Below are positions 10,039 to 18,759 of a stretch of DNA of 64,000 nucleotides, piece by piece. The position numbers were made by a program, and so were the translations under genes. The stretch lies in contig OZ244052.1 in NCBI GenBank assembly GCA_965215125.1, positions 992,001 to 1,056,000 of the forward strand, read 5' to 3'. Under the pieces are notes generated by a model. The model worked only from the letters and a program-made list of their open reading frames with translations, was not told the DNA's origin and did not search any database. Position 1 is the stretch's first letter, and the number at the start of each line of letters is the position of its first letter. The stretch is from an uncultured candidatus Porisulfidus sp. GTDB taxonomy: Bacteria; Pseudomonadota; Gammaproteobacteria; Poriferisulfidales; Oxydemutatoraceae.

Positions 10039-12019
10039 CGATTGATTTTATAATGGCTTCAATTCTTTGAATTTGCTTGCTTGCCTTTTCTTGAGCCTCT
10101 ATATATTCTTTATATTGTTTCTCGGCTTGAGATATGATTTCTTGATATGTCGTTACTCTAATACCACTTTCTTGAAGAGTTCTTTTACCTGTTTCCATTT
10201 CATCGGGACTCTCCCAACCAATAGGAAATTCTCCTAGAATAATAACACCTTCCACGATGTTATCTTTTCTACCTGAGTCTTTTAATTCTTTGGAAACAGC
10301 ACTCATATATTCGCGGATTTGTTTTGCTAAATCAAAATGGTTGAGTTTTCTTCCGGGTCTCTTAAGTTCTATCACCACATGTTGTTCGGGTGCTTTTTTG
10401 TATTGAATATCAATTCTTAATTCTTTTATCCTCTCTACTTCTTTGCCGGTTTTATCGTCAAGTTCTTTCCAACGTCTTTTTACCCGTTTTTCCAACTTTT
10501 GTTCTGCACAAGCTCGATCCCAGGAGGGGTCTAATAACCACAAATGATCATATATATGTTCTTGAATAATCTTTTCTAGTTGCTTTTCATCTACATACTT
10601 TTGCAACTTATTTATGATTTCTAGACGCCCTTCGGTTATAGTGTAATAACTCATTGCTTCGATTTCATCTTGATTTCTGAACAATTCTGAGAATTGTTCT
10701 AAATTGTCTAAAGAAACATTGCTCAGAGCGTCTAAATTACCCCTCATACGCATTTGTTCTACAGCAGGCACGAAATGGCGAATTATATCTCTTTTCCTAT
10801 CGCTGTCGTCAAGTGTTGCAGTATATTTAAACAATTTGTTGGTTATTTTTTTAGCATCTTGAGAAAGTTCGTCGTACCATTCTTTTATATCTTTATTTTT
10901 GCCAAGAATATCCTCTTTGGCTCTATCAGTTCTTAATTTGTGCCAATCTCCACATATATGTGTAACTAGACTCCTAATGCTTTCTTTAACATTTTGATAA
11001 CGGTCGTCATTCTGATTTAAGTGTTGTCTGCCACTGGTTGCCATATCTTCTTCATCATCCCTGTCAAGATAATTTGCATGGATTTCTCCTATAAGATATT
11101 TTACGGCAACATCTCCCTTACCTAAGCTGTGTAATATATCCTCTTGGGCCAATCTACCGCGCATCATGATAGCGATATTATTAAAATTCTCGCCGCCGTC
11201 ATCCATTAACTGGTTGACTTCGAATACTGAACCAACCCATCCCGACAACCTGCTACCGTTATCTTTAATCAAATTTTTATCAATATGCTTATGCAAAGAA
11301 TTGCAACAGGCTTTCTTAATTTCCGCTGCTTTGTCTTTATCTCCAAAAGTCCAGAGTTTTTGAATTTTAGAGAAATAATTTCTGTCGCTTACGCTCACCT
11401 CGTCATTATTTACAAAAACCTTGAAATGATACTTATCTCCGATTATCGAGAATCTTCTAGATAGACGTTCTCTTAAATACTTATGTAGCCCCCTTGATTT
11501 ATGTCGAAAACTAGTAAGTTCTATTCTAGTGCCACAATCAAAGTTTATTTCACTATTTATTTCACTTTCATCTAGTTCATTCGGATAGTAATCGTTTTTT
11601 CCCTGAATTGCTTTTTTTATCTCGGGATACGACAATTCAAGCCCAATTTTCTTTCCTTCTTTAACCGAATACACCTTAACTTCATTAGCTATTGAGAATA
11701 GTGCCAATCTACCGATTCCTTTTCTCCCCATAACCGGTCGCTCATATTTTGGTGTTTTCTGTTCATTGGCATCCCGCCGCCGATAACCAATGGTGAGATA
11801 TTTTTTTTGGATGTCATCCCTGTTCATACCGTGACCGTCGTCTTTGATTACGATTTTGTCTTCGCTGGTCAGTATATCGACTCGTTCGGCATCGGCATCC
11901 CATGCGTTTGCTACTAATTCTGCGAGAGCAGCCGGAAATCCGCTGTATAGTTTGACACCTAGGTCGTCAATAGTGCCTAGGCTTACTTTCATGTATAAAG
12001 GTTTTTGCTCTTCAGCCAT
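10031..12019 (-). CDS. GHKL/MORC-type ATPase fused to a C-terminal PD-(D/E)xK nuclease; probable restriction endonuclease (HgiDII/BbrUII-like architecture)
   Basis: ELVANAWDADA, DDGHGM, GRKGIGRLA and GT GHKL boxes; C-terminal RIDI...VIELKRP nuclease motif; overlaps the MTase start by 8 nt. Confidence 0.85.
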   Translation of the reverse strand: MAEEQKPLYMKVSLGTIDDLGVKLYSGFPAALAELVANAWDADAERVDILTSEDKIVIKDDGHGMNRDDIQKKYLTIGYRRRDANEQKTPKYERPVMGRKGIGRLALFSIANEVKVYSVKEGKKIGLELSYPEIKKAIQGKNDYYPNELDESEINSEINFDCGTRIELTSFRHKSRGLHKYLRERLSRRFSIIGDKYHFKVFVNNDEVSVSDRNYFSKIQKLWTFGDKDKAAEIKKACCNSLHKHIDKNLIKDNGSRLSGWVGSVFEVNQLMDDGGENFNNIAIMMRGRLAQEDILHSLGKGDVAVKYLIGEIHANYLDRDDEEDMATSGRQHLNQNDDRYQNVKESIRSLVTHICGDWHKLRTDRAKEDILGKNKDIKEWYDELSQDAKKITNKLFKYTATLDDSDRKRDIIRHFVPAVEQMRMRGNLDALSNVSLDNLEQFSELFRNQDEIEAMSYYTITEGRLEIINKLQKYVDEKQLEKIIQEHIYDHLWLLDPSWDRACAEQKLEKRVKRRWKELDDKTGKEVERIKELRIDIQYKKAPEQHVVIELKRPGRKLNHFDLAKQIREYMSAVSKELKDSGRKDNIVEGVIILGEFPIGWESPDEMETGKRTLQESGIRVTTYQEIISQAEKQYKEYIEAQEKASKQIQRIEAIIKSIDV

Positions 12020-12305
12020 AACAAAGTTTTATCCGATTCAAGGGTTCGCCATATTATAGTCTATATATGAGACAACCTTCCGCTAAGCAAGCGTAAGCCA
12101 TAAATTAGGATGTAATCCCAAGTAGATATGTAACTAAAAATGGGGTAATGTCTATGCCATGCAGGGTGCTCTGCTTCTACTGTTCTTTCGCTGTTTAGGA
12201 CGCAATATTTAGATTTTGTAAGAGGTTACGCCACTTGCCCGACTGGAGCAAGTGGCAATTCTATGCAACAAGTGGCAGTGCTATTTGTGCAATGACAACA
12301 CTTTT

Positions 12306-13256
12306 TCAATCGGCGGTTGTATCTTTTAGCTGTTCAATCTCAGTGGTGGATATACCTATCACTTCGGAAATCTCCGAAATCTCGTAACCTTTTTGTAGCA
12401 TGTTCAGAGCGATTTCGTGATTCCTTGCTGTTTTACCTTTGCCCATCCCATCGGCATGCCCTTCTCTCAGGCCTTTCTCATAAAAACCACGCTCTTCCAA
12501 TCTATCATCCAACTTTTGTATCTTTCGCACCATAGAAACTAGGTCTAACCTCCCATCTTTTGATACCTTCTCTAAATGTTCTAGTATCATTTTTGTCTCT
12601 TTGTCTTGTGATAGGTGTGCTACTTCTTCGTCTGTGAGCTCGGACGCTTTCTTCATAATGTAACACCATCTTTCCTGCATATCGACCAGTTCAAAGCAGC
12701 TTTCTTTGAGTTTACTCAATTCCACCATCACCAATCTGGAACGCTGATTGAGCTCGTCATGCGGCTGCCCATCCGAATACCATATCGGTTGGTGTATATA
12801 GTCCGGTGAGTCTTCGAATAAAACGAGATCTTCAAACATCAACACATAGGCTGGTCTCCCTCTGTAAAAAATCCCTCGCTTCGCTAGCACATAGTGAGGC
12901 GGCACTCTATCCAAGAAGTGATCCTCAATAACCGCCGGCATCTCCACATTGACATTTTTGCCACTACTCAATTTCACCTTAAAGTCCAATATGATATGCC
13001 TATTATTCGGTGCCACCGACATTATAAAATCATCTTCCCAGCGTAGTTTGTCGCCCGGTTGATTTTGTTTGATGGTCTTTTGCCTATGGGAGAATATTTT
13101 GTCTAATTCTCTAGGTCTTAGAATGAACACATCCGAGATCTTATCGGTAATAGGCAAGAAACACTCAAACAAGGAGATGAGTACTTGCTTATTGCTCGTA
13201 AAAAACTTTTTGAAAACGGCATCTTGTGTAAGTGATAAATATTTAGTTTGTTCCAT
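12306..13256 (-). CDS. Rpn/PD-(D/E)xK family recombination-promoting nuclease (putative transposase), possibly degenerate
   Basis: D.VFKKFF N-terminus, LDF and NVEM motif, C-terminal EKG..EG repeats then EIALNMLQKG..ISEISEVIGIS; AGGAGA RBS supports the start at 13256. Confidence 0.8.
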   Translation of the reverse strand: MEQTKYLSLTQDAVFKKFFTSNKQVLISLFECFLPITDKISDVFILRPRELDKIFSHRQKTIKQNQPGDKLRWEDDFIMSVAPNNRHIILDFKVKLSSGKNVNVEMPAVIEDHFLDRVPPHYVLAKRGIFYRGRPAYVLMFEDLVLFEDSPDYIHQPIWYSDGQPHDELNQRSRLVMVELSKLKESCFELVDMQERWCYIMKKASELTDEEVAHLSQDKETKMILEHLEKVSKDGRLDLVSMVRKIQKLDDRLEERGFYEKGLREGHADGMGKGKTARNHEIALNMLQKGYEISEISEVIGISTTEIEQLKDTTAD

Positions 13257-13364
13257 GATAAATCTCCTAAGTTTTGATTGAAAACTCATAGTGTGGATCA
13301 ATGCTCAATAACCTGAAAAAACATTCCGATGAACGGTAGTAAATATCCGATAAACGGTGTGAGG

Positions 13365-13535
13365 TGTATGATGCCAGATACATATTGGACTCTTTAGAGC
13401 CTAATTTTCCCGCTAGGAAAAGTGCTTTTTCTAGCGGGAAAATACCCTCTAAATTAAAGTAGCCGACATGCAAAACCAGCACAACAGCTTGCTTCCTTTT
13501 GCCCTCATTTGTCCAATATGTCATGGCATCGTACA
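13365..13535. mobile_element. About 170-bp MITE-like element with TGT...ACA terminal inverted repeats
   Basis: Left tgtatgatgccagatacatattggac (13365-13390) is an imperfect inverse of right gtccaatatgtcatggcatcgtaca (13511-13535); internal hairpin at 13405-13442; no target-site duplication seen. Confidence 0.6.
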
Positions 13536-13540
13536 ATTTA

Positions 13541-13568
13541 TTGACAAATAGAAATTTCCTATTACAAT
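13541..13568 (+). promoter_or_regulatory. Sigma70-type promoter for the DUF378 gene
   Basis: TTGACA-N16-TACAAT, about 57 nt upstream of the ATG at 13626. Confidence 0.6.
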
Positions 13569-13625
13569 TAGTTTCTATGAAAGAGCAGCTATATATGAAA
13601 ATTCTGGAAAAGTAGAGAAAAAATT

Positions 13626-13850
13626 ATGACGAAAACTCCAATACAATGGATAGTGACCATTCTTGTGATAGTTGGTGCCCTTAACTGGGGAATATTGGGT
13701 TTATCCCAATTATTCGGTTCTAGTGGCTGGGACTTAGTAACATGGTTACTTGGATCTATTCCTGTGCTAAAAAGCCTAGTATTTGTGGTTGTTGGTTTAG
13801 CAGGTGTGTTAGCAATTGTTCAAGTTGCACAGTCCTGTAAATCAGATTAA
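13626..13850 (+). CDS. DUF378 family small membrane protein
   Basis: LVIVGALNWGILG...DLV..LLG and VVVGLAG signature, two hydrophobic segments. Confidence 0.85.
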   Translation: MTKTPIQWIVTILVIVGALNWGILGLSQLFGSSGWDLVTWLLGSIPVLKSLVFVVVGLAGVLAIVQVAQSCKSD

Positions 13851-13928
13851 ATGCACGGTTAATTAGACCCTAACTGGTTTATATTCAGGCGGTGCCTTCG
13901 CATCACCGTCCTAGCAAATCGTACTGAT

Positions 13929-14205
13929 TAAACGATCATGAGCGATGGCATGAAAGAAATTGCCGGCGATGGCGTATCCGGCATCATCGCTCTAATCTTC
14001 GGACAAGCCCAGAGTAGCAATGACCATGCCAGTATCAAATTCATGCATCTTGGGTTTGATAAAAGCGGGAGGGCGTTGAGGTAAGTGAACTTTGGACTCA
14101 TTTCATTTTTAGGCTTATTCATCACAATTCTGCCTCTGTGGCTTCGCTGAGTTTTTCCATCCTGATACCCGGCTAGAATCGGTGAACCGGTAAATAGCGT
14201 TTGGG
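13929..14205 (-). pseudogene. Frameshifted internal fragment paralogous to the GHKL ATPase gene at 16334-18205
   Basis: Aligns by eye with about 17415-17690 at roughly 85-90% nt identity (TGSPILAG.QDGKTQRSHRGRIV...PKFTYLN), with a 1-nt indel near 14075. Confidence 0.85.
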
Positions 14206-14218
14206 GTGGTTGTATCGT

Positions 14219-14306
14219 GGGGTTGTTGAAAAGGTATCCACGAACTGTAGTGCCGGTACATTCCCCTCCTTTGGAGGGGTGGCAGGCGCAGCCTGACGGG
14301 GTGGTC
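14219..14306 (-). repeat. Repeat family A, full copy (about 88 bp; cccctcc-N4-ggagggg hairpin core)
   Basis: Near-identical reverse complement of 21303-21389; partial copies at 18377, 35411, 40982, 59378 and 62664. Confidence 0.85.
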
Positions 14307-14329
14307 GCTGGGGTCTTGCACAATGTCAC

Positions 14330-14359
14330 GCTGATTAACCTACTGGCTTAATCGGCAGC
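14330..14359. repeat. Repeat family B variant (gctgattaacc-tact-ggcttaatcggc)
   Basis: Imperfect palindrome related to 28751-28793, 39356-39382 and 41038-41065. Confidence 0.6.
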
Positions 14360-14464
14360 TTTGTTCTGCCCGAAACGCGTCACGCCTGCACAATTTATCC
14401 ATCCAATTTATGGAAACCAAAACCATACGGCGCAAGCGGTTGGTGTCGTGCAGAACGGTACTTT

Positions 14465-14491
14465 AGGGCGGACACACAGGTCCGCCCCTAC
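14465..14491 (-). repeat. GTAG-type REP element
   Basis: Reverse complement reads GTAG-GGGCGGAC-CTGTGT-GTCCGCCC, the canonical REP layout of a GTAG tetranucleotide plus a GC-rich hairpin. Confidence 0.7.
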
Positions 14492-14629
14492 GGCTTGGTG
14501 GTTATTATAAATTCACGGCGCAAGCGGTTACGGTTGCACGCTGACGATACTTTTTCAACAGCCTCACTGACGCGACCACTCCATGGAAAGGCTTTACATT
14601 TTGTATATATGCTAGAGTTCTACACAATG

Positions 14630-15472
14630 TCACAGCCGCTCGGCTATTTTTTCTATTTCTTTTTGGTTGGATTGTGGGGTTTGCACTTCAATCGCTTTCC
14701 ATACGCTCAGGTATCCGATTTGGTCAATGATTTCTGTCAATTTTTCTCTGTTAATTTCTCTGTTGTTCTGGAGAAACAGCAATAGTCCGCCGAATATGTT
14801 TTCCGAACTTATATAGCTTTTCCCGCTGTGCATTTTTTCAGAAAATCTGACATAGTATTTTTGGTCTAGAATTTCTAATATCAGTTTGGGTTCCATAATG
14901 TTGGACATTTTATCTGCCCACCGCCATCGCCAGTAAGCCTTTCCGAGAGGAAAGTCATTGAATACGATTTTTTTGCCGCTCGGTGCCGGATTACATATAG
15001 AGCGTAAAACCCGTCTAACACAACCGCCTATTTTCCCTGCATCATCGGATGTTAGGGCATCGTCAATCATATAAATACCCGTGCGATTCGGATTATTAGA
15101 ATCCGATGCCAAAAAAAGCGGCTTAATTTGATCATTCTCGATCATCTTGATAATCACATAACCCCAGAAACCACACTTGTATGCGATTTCATCGGGTAGC
15201 CTCTTAAACGCTTGCCAGATTTTTTCCTGAATATCATAAGGCGGGCGAATGAATTCTTGCTCGGTAAATTTGCGCGTAAAGTTGACCAGTTCACCATCGC
15301 TAGCACTATCCGGCAACTTCTTATGCTTCAGGTGTCTTAGAAAACCATCTTTCCCCGATTTACAAGCAGCGAGAAATTCTTTTTGTTCCTCTAGGCTTTT
15401 GTCCTTGCCTTTCAACAATTTTCTACCAAATTGCCCCCAAGCACCTTCATCAAGTCTTTTGTATTCATTCAT
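14630..15472 (-). CDS. Uncharacterised protein, third gene of the GHKL-ATPase operon
   Basis: Open frame of about 280 aa; start MNEYK overlaps the upstream stop; no recognisable catalytic motif. Confidence 0.7.
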   Translation of the reverse strand: MNEYKRLDEGAWGQFGRKLLKGKDKSLEEQKEFLAACKSGKDGFLRHLKHKKLPDSASDGELVNFTRKFTEQEFIRPPYDIQEKIWQAFKRLPDEIAYKCGFWGYVIIKMIENDQIKPLFLASDSNNPNRTGIYMIDDALTSDDAGKIGGCVRRVLRSICNPAPSGKKIVFNDFPLGKAYWRWRWADKMSNIMEPKLILEILDQKYYVRFSEKMHSGKSYISSENIFGGLLLFLQNNREINREKLTEIIDQIGYLSVWKAIEVQTPQSNQKEIEKIAERL

Positions 15473-16334
15473 CACCGGTTCCCCCCTTAAATACACCCAA
15501 GACATAAGGTTTCATTTTGGTGGCCGCTAGGCTCGGGGCAAAGTCCTCGTCCTCCCAATTTTCTCCTGTCTGGCTCTCGAGCATTTGCAGATGGCTCAAT
15601 AGCACGCCGCCTACTCTATCTTTATTTTCTGGATCTAGACTATGCATGTACGCATAAGTGGTACACAATGCCTGAGTAGCGATGGCCCAGCTCATTGACT
15701 CGTCGGTATTGCTTGGTTCTGTCGGGCGGGCTTTTCTCAGTTGATCATAGACATCGCTACCGCATAGCAAAGACACGGGGATCTCACCTTCTCCGGCATA
15801 TTCGCTGACTTCGACTTTCATCTCGCCATCGTCAAGGTCTTCGTCATGAATCAATCTCATTAAATGGTTTATATCACCTTTGGAGAAGGTTAATTTCGAA
15901 CCTATGGCAATGCGGGCGTATTTGGGTATGAAGAGGGACTCGCCCGGCCTCCAAAAGTCTGTCAATCCCGATGAAGCGTTTACCGTAATTTTCACATCTT
16001 CCAGAGCGATGATGCTGGGCATAATTTCCGGAGCATAAGAAAAGTCCATCGGTATGGTTTGCGTGATGGTTATGGCTTCCTCTTGCATGGAGGGGATGCT
16101 TGTGTCATACAAGTGATGTTGCCGCTCGGAACTATCCTTGTAAAGCAACCTAACGGAAAACTGTGCTTTGCCTTGTTCCAGTAAGTTTGAAATGAATGAA
16201 CGACCTTTGAGACTATGTCTTAGGTATAGTTTCCCGTCACCTTGTTCGGCTTTGACTTCGTAGGCGATTGATGCCGGGAAATCACTGCTGTCCTTTCTTA
16301 AGATCGGGAAATCGAGTATTAGATTATCCGGCAT
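15465..16334 (-). CDS. Uncharacterised protein, second gene of the GHKL-ATPase operon
   Basis: 289-aa ORF coupled by TAATG overlap to the ATPase gene; N-terminal FPIL...DF; beta-rich N-half. Confidence 0.75.
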   Translation of the reverse strand: MPDNLILDFPILRKDSSDFPASIAYEVKAEQGDGKLYLRHSLKGRSFISNLLEQGKAQFSVRLLYKDSSERQHHLYDTSIPSMQEEAITITQTIPMDFSYAPEIMPSIIALEDVKITVNASSGLTDFWRPGESLFIPKYARIAIGSKLTFSKGDINHLMRLIHDEDLDDGEMKVEVSEYAGEGEIPVSLLCGSDVYDQLRKARPTEPSNTDESMSWAIATQALCTTYAYMHSLDPENKDRVGGVLLSHLQMLESQTGENWEDEDFAPSLAATKMKPYVLGVFKGGTGDE

Positions 16335-18205
16335 TATTGCGATCCTTTAGATTTTTTGCGTTGTTTCAATCCTAGCATTGGCGATAAAGCTACTTTCATG
16401 TTTCCGATATCATTCGGTTTTTCAATTTCGGCAATCAAGTCGTATTTAGTATCCTTGCTTAACGAACCCAATTTAATTTGTTTTTTACTATCATCGGAAA
16501 CCTTGATTGCCGTGCCGTTCAATTCGGCTGTTATGAAGTTGAGGTAGGTGCGTTGTTCTTTATCACTATCTTCTCCTAAACCTATTGACAAGTACGCATC
16601 GTCTTTGGCATTTTCTTGTTGTGTGGGAGTAATTCTCAACCGCACTTGCCATTTGCCGCCTTTGTCTATATATCTAACGGCAGTCTTTGACTCAAGCAAT
16701 CTGGAAATAACGATAGGCAAAGCGTGTCCGCCCCCCTCTATTGAGACTTGCTCCTTTTTGACTTTGGGTGGTCTAGTCAATTCGGGCTTGGGAGATGCCT
16801 CCTCTCCTTGACCGTCCGATTTTTTGACGCTACCGACATTTTCTTGGGCTTCACTAGGCACGGTGAATAACGGCAAATCAAAAGAATCTCGCTCTATCTT
16901 TTTCAAATAATCTGCCTTCATCTTTTCGCTTAATTCCTTCAGTAGTTTTTTAAGTTCTTTCTCGTCTTTTTTAATCAGTCCACCTTTCTGCAATTTATTA
17001 TGGTACGGACCTTCGGCATTTTTCACCAACCAGAATAATTTCGGGGCATCTTGTTTATCAATATCAATAATCGCGGTAAAAGGTTCAAAATCAGGGTCTT
17101 TTCTTAGCTTGTCTATGTCCACGGATAGCATGGAGTCGTGGCGTGCGACGACCATCCCGTTTCTAACCAGTATGATGGCGGAATTGGTGTTTTTGTCGCT
17201 TTTGATACACACATGGACCTTATCGGAATTGCTAAGTGCAATGATTTTTTGTGAGCCTTGTTCTTGGAGCGTCTGCCACGCTTGAAAGACCATTTTGCCG
17301 GATAGTATATTGTCTCCCATTGCTTTTTTAACCTCTTTTTTCCCGCCGATCAGTTGTTCAACTCGGTTATCGGAGATTTCCTTCGCATCACCGTCCTTAT
17401 GAATGGTAATGCCTAAACGATCGTGCGCGATGGCATGAAAGAAGTTACTAACGATGGCGTATTCGGCATCATCGCTCCAATCTTCGGACAAACCCAGAAT
17501 AGCAACGACCGTGCCGGTATCAAATTCGTGCATCTTGGGTTCGATAAAATCGGGGGGGTTGTTGAGATAAGTGAACTTTGGATTCGTTTCATATTTGGGC
17601 TTCTCCTTCACAATCCTGCCTCTGTGGCTTCGCTGAGTTTTTCCATCTTGATGACCGGCTAGAATCGGTGAACCGGTATATAGCGTTTTTGGAGTGCCGT
17701 TGTCCTTATACTTGGTAGCATAAAGCACATAGCGAAGCGATGAGAGCGAATAGCTCGATAAATTACCGACCCCGAAAGAACCGCCTGATTTTTCATCACC
17801 TTTAATACTAACGCCTCCTGTCAGTATGGCATCCAGCCGATTTTGCTTCATTCCTATGCCGTCGTCGGCAAACAGCAAGACCTTTAGCTTTTCTTTCTGT
17901 AATGCCTCTTCAATGAGTGCCACCCTTTGCTTTGAGTTTTCATTATAACTGCCCTGTTTTTCTGCCGTTTCAATGGCTTTATGCAAGACTTCTTTGTATT
18001 CTTCAATGTGCGGAATTTGACTCGCCGAGATTGTTTCAATGTATATATTTACTTTACATTCATTATTATGCGCTTCGTGGGAAGCATCCAGAGCATTTTG
18101 CAACAACTCTCTAATCGGATTCGTGTAGCCTTCTTTTTTATCCGCCAAGTCACTTCCGGTAAATCCTTCCATTGGACCGACCCTGAAATAAAGTTCCGAT
18201 GACAT
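16334..18205 (-). CDS. GHKL (Hsp90/MORC-like) ATPase domain protein
   Basis: RELLQNALDA, DDGIGM, GGSFGVG and DTGT boxes; Pro/Lys-rich linker and a beta-rich C-terminal domain; AGGAGG RBS. Confidence 0.82.
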   Translation of the reverse strand: MSSELYFRVGPMEGFTGSDLADKKEGYTNPIRELLQNALDASHEAHNNECKVNIYIETISASQIPHIEEYKEVLHKAIETAEKQGSYNENSKQRVALIEEALQKEKLKVLLFADDGIGMKQNRLDAILTGGVSIKGDEKSGGSFGVGNLSSYSLSSLRYVLYATKYKDNGTPKTLYTGSPILAGHQDGKTQRSHRGRIVKEKPKYETNPKFTYLNNPPDFIEPKMHEFDTGTVVAILGLSEDWSDDAEYAIVSNFFHAIAHDRLGITIHKDGDAKEISDNRVEQLIGGKKEVKKAMGDNILSGKMVFQAWQTLQEQGSQKIIALSNSDKVHVCIKSDKNTNSAIILVRNGMVVARHDSMLSVDIDKLRKDPDFEPFTAIIDIDKQDAPKLFWLVKNAEGPYHNKLQKGGLIKKDEKELKKLLKELSEKMKADYLKKIERDSFDLPLFTVPSEAQENVGSVKKSDGQGEEASPKPELTRPPKVKKEQVSIEGGGHALPIVISRLLESKTAVRYIDKGGKWQVRLRITPTQQENAKDDAYLSIGLGEDSDKEQRTYLNFITAELNGTAIKVSDDSKKQIKLGSLSKDTKYDLIAEIEKPNDIGNMKVALSPMLGLKQRKKSKGSQ

Positions 18206-18376
18206 ATCTGCCTCCTAACTAGTCTATAAAATCACAAGGGATATAGCTTTCATCCTCCAGATAAAATGATAGTGTAAATGTGCTAATCGTAGCACCTTGT
18301 AATAATGTAGTCAAAGATAAAGTCAATGTGTCCTGTCGGCACACATCGCGTTTACCCATTAATTTATGAAAACCAC

Positions 18377-18417
18377 CATTCCCCTCCTGTGGAGCGCAAA
18401 GCCTGACGGAGTGATTC
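18377..18417 (-). repeat. Repeat family A, partial copy
   Basis: cattcccctcctgtggag...gcctgacggagtg matches 14259-14305 with an internal deletion. Confidence 0.6.
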
Positions 18418-18660
18418 ACAACCGCCTGCACCTCCGCACATGGTTTCCACAAATCAAATAACGAACGACATTAGTGGTATTGGCATGACACATGCGCAGG
18501 GGAGGCAATCCCCCCCTCCCCCCCTACATGTATAAAATGCATTGTGGTTGATTTTCCCTAAATTTCAAACCATAACAAAAAACAACCTTTATACAAATAC
18601 TTGTCGCCCCCACACACTGTATTTTGATTAAAAACTCTCAGTTCATCTCGCATAGGAATC

Positions 18661-18689
18661 TTGACATAGCACTGATAAATCATAATAAT
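18661..18689 (+). promoter_or_regulatory. Sigma70-type promoter of Panacea module 1
   Basis: TTGACA-N17-AATAAT, about 70 nt before the start at 18760. Confidence 0.5.
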
Positions 18690-18759
18690 TTCATATTGGA
18701 AGTGCTAATTCTGTGGGAATTAGATATATATATCCTAGGATGATAGAGGACAAATCGCA

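Noticed and set aside
13928-14329. 133-aa ORF as a real gene
   Set aside because: Chimera of repeat A read-through and the frameshifted ATPase fragment
13929-17690. Diversity-generating retroelement template/variable repeat pair
   Set aside because: Differences are not adenine-specific, include an indel, fall mid-gene, and no reverse transcriptase is present
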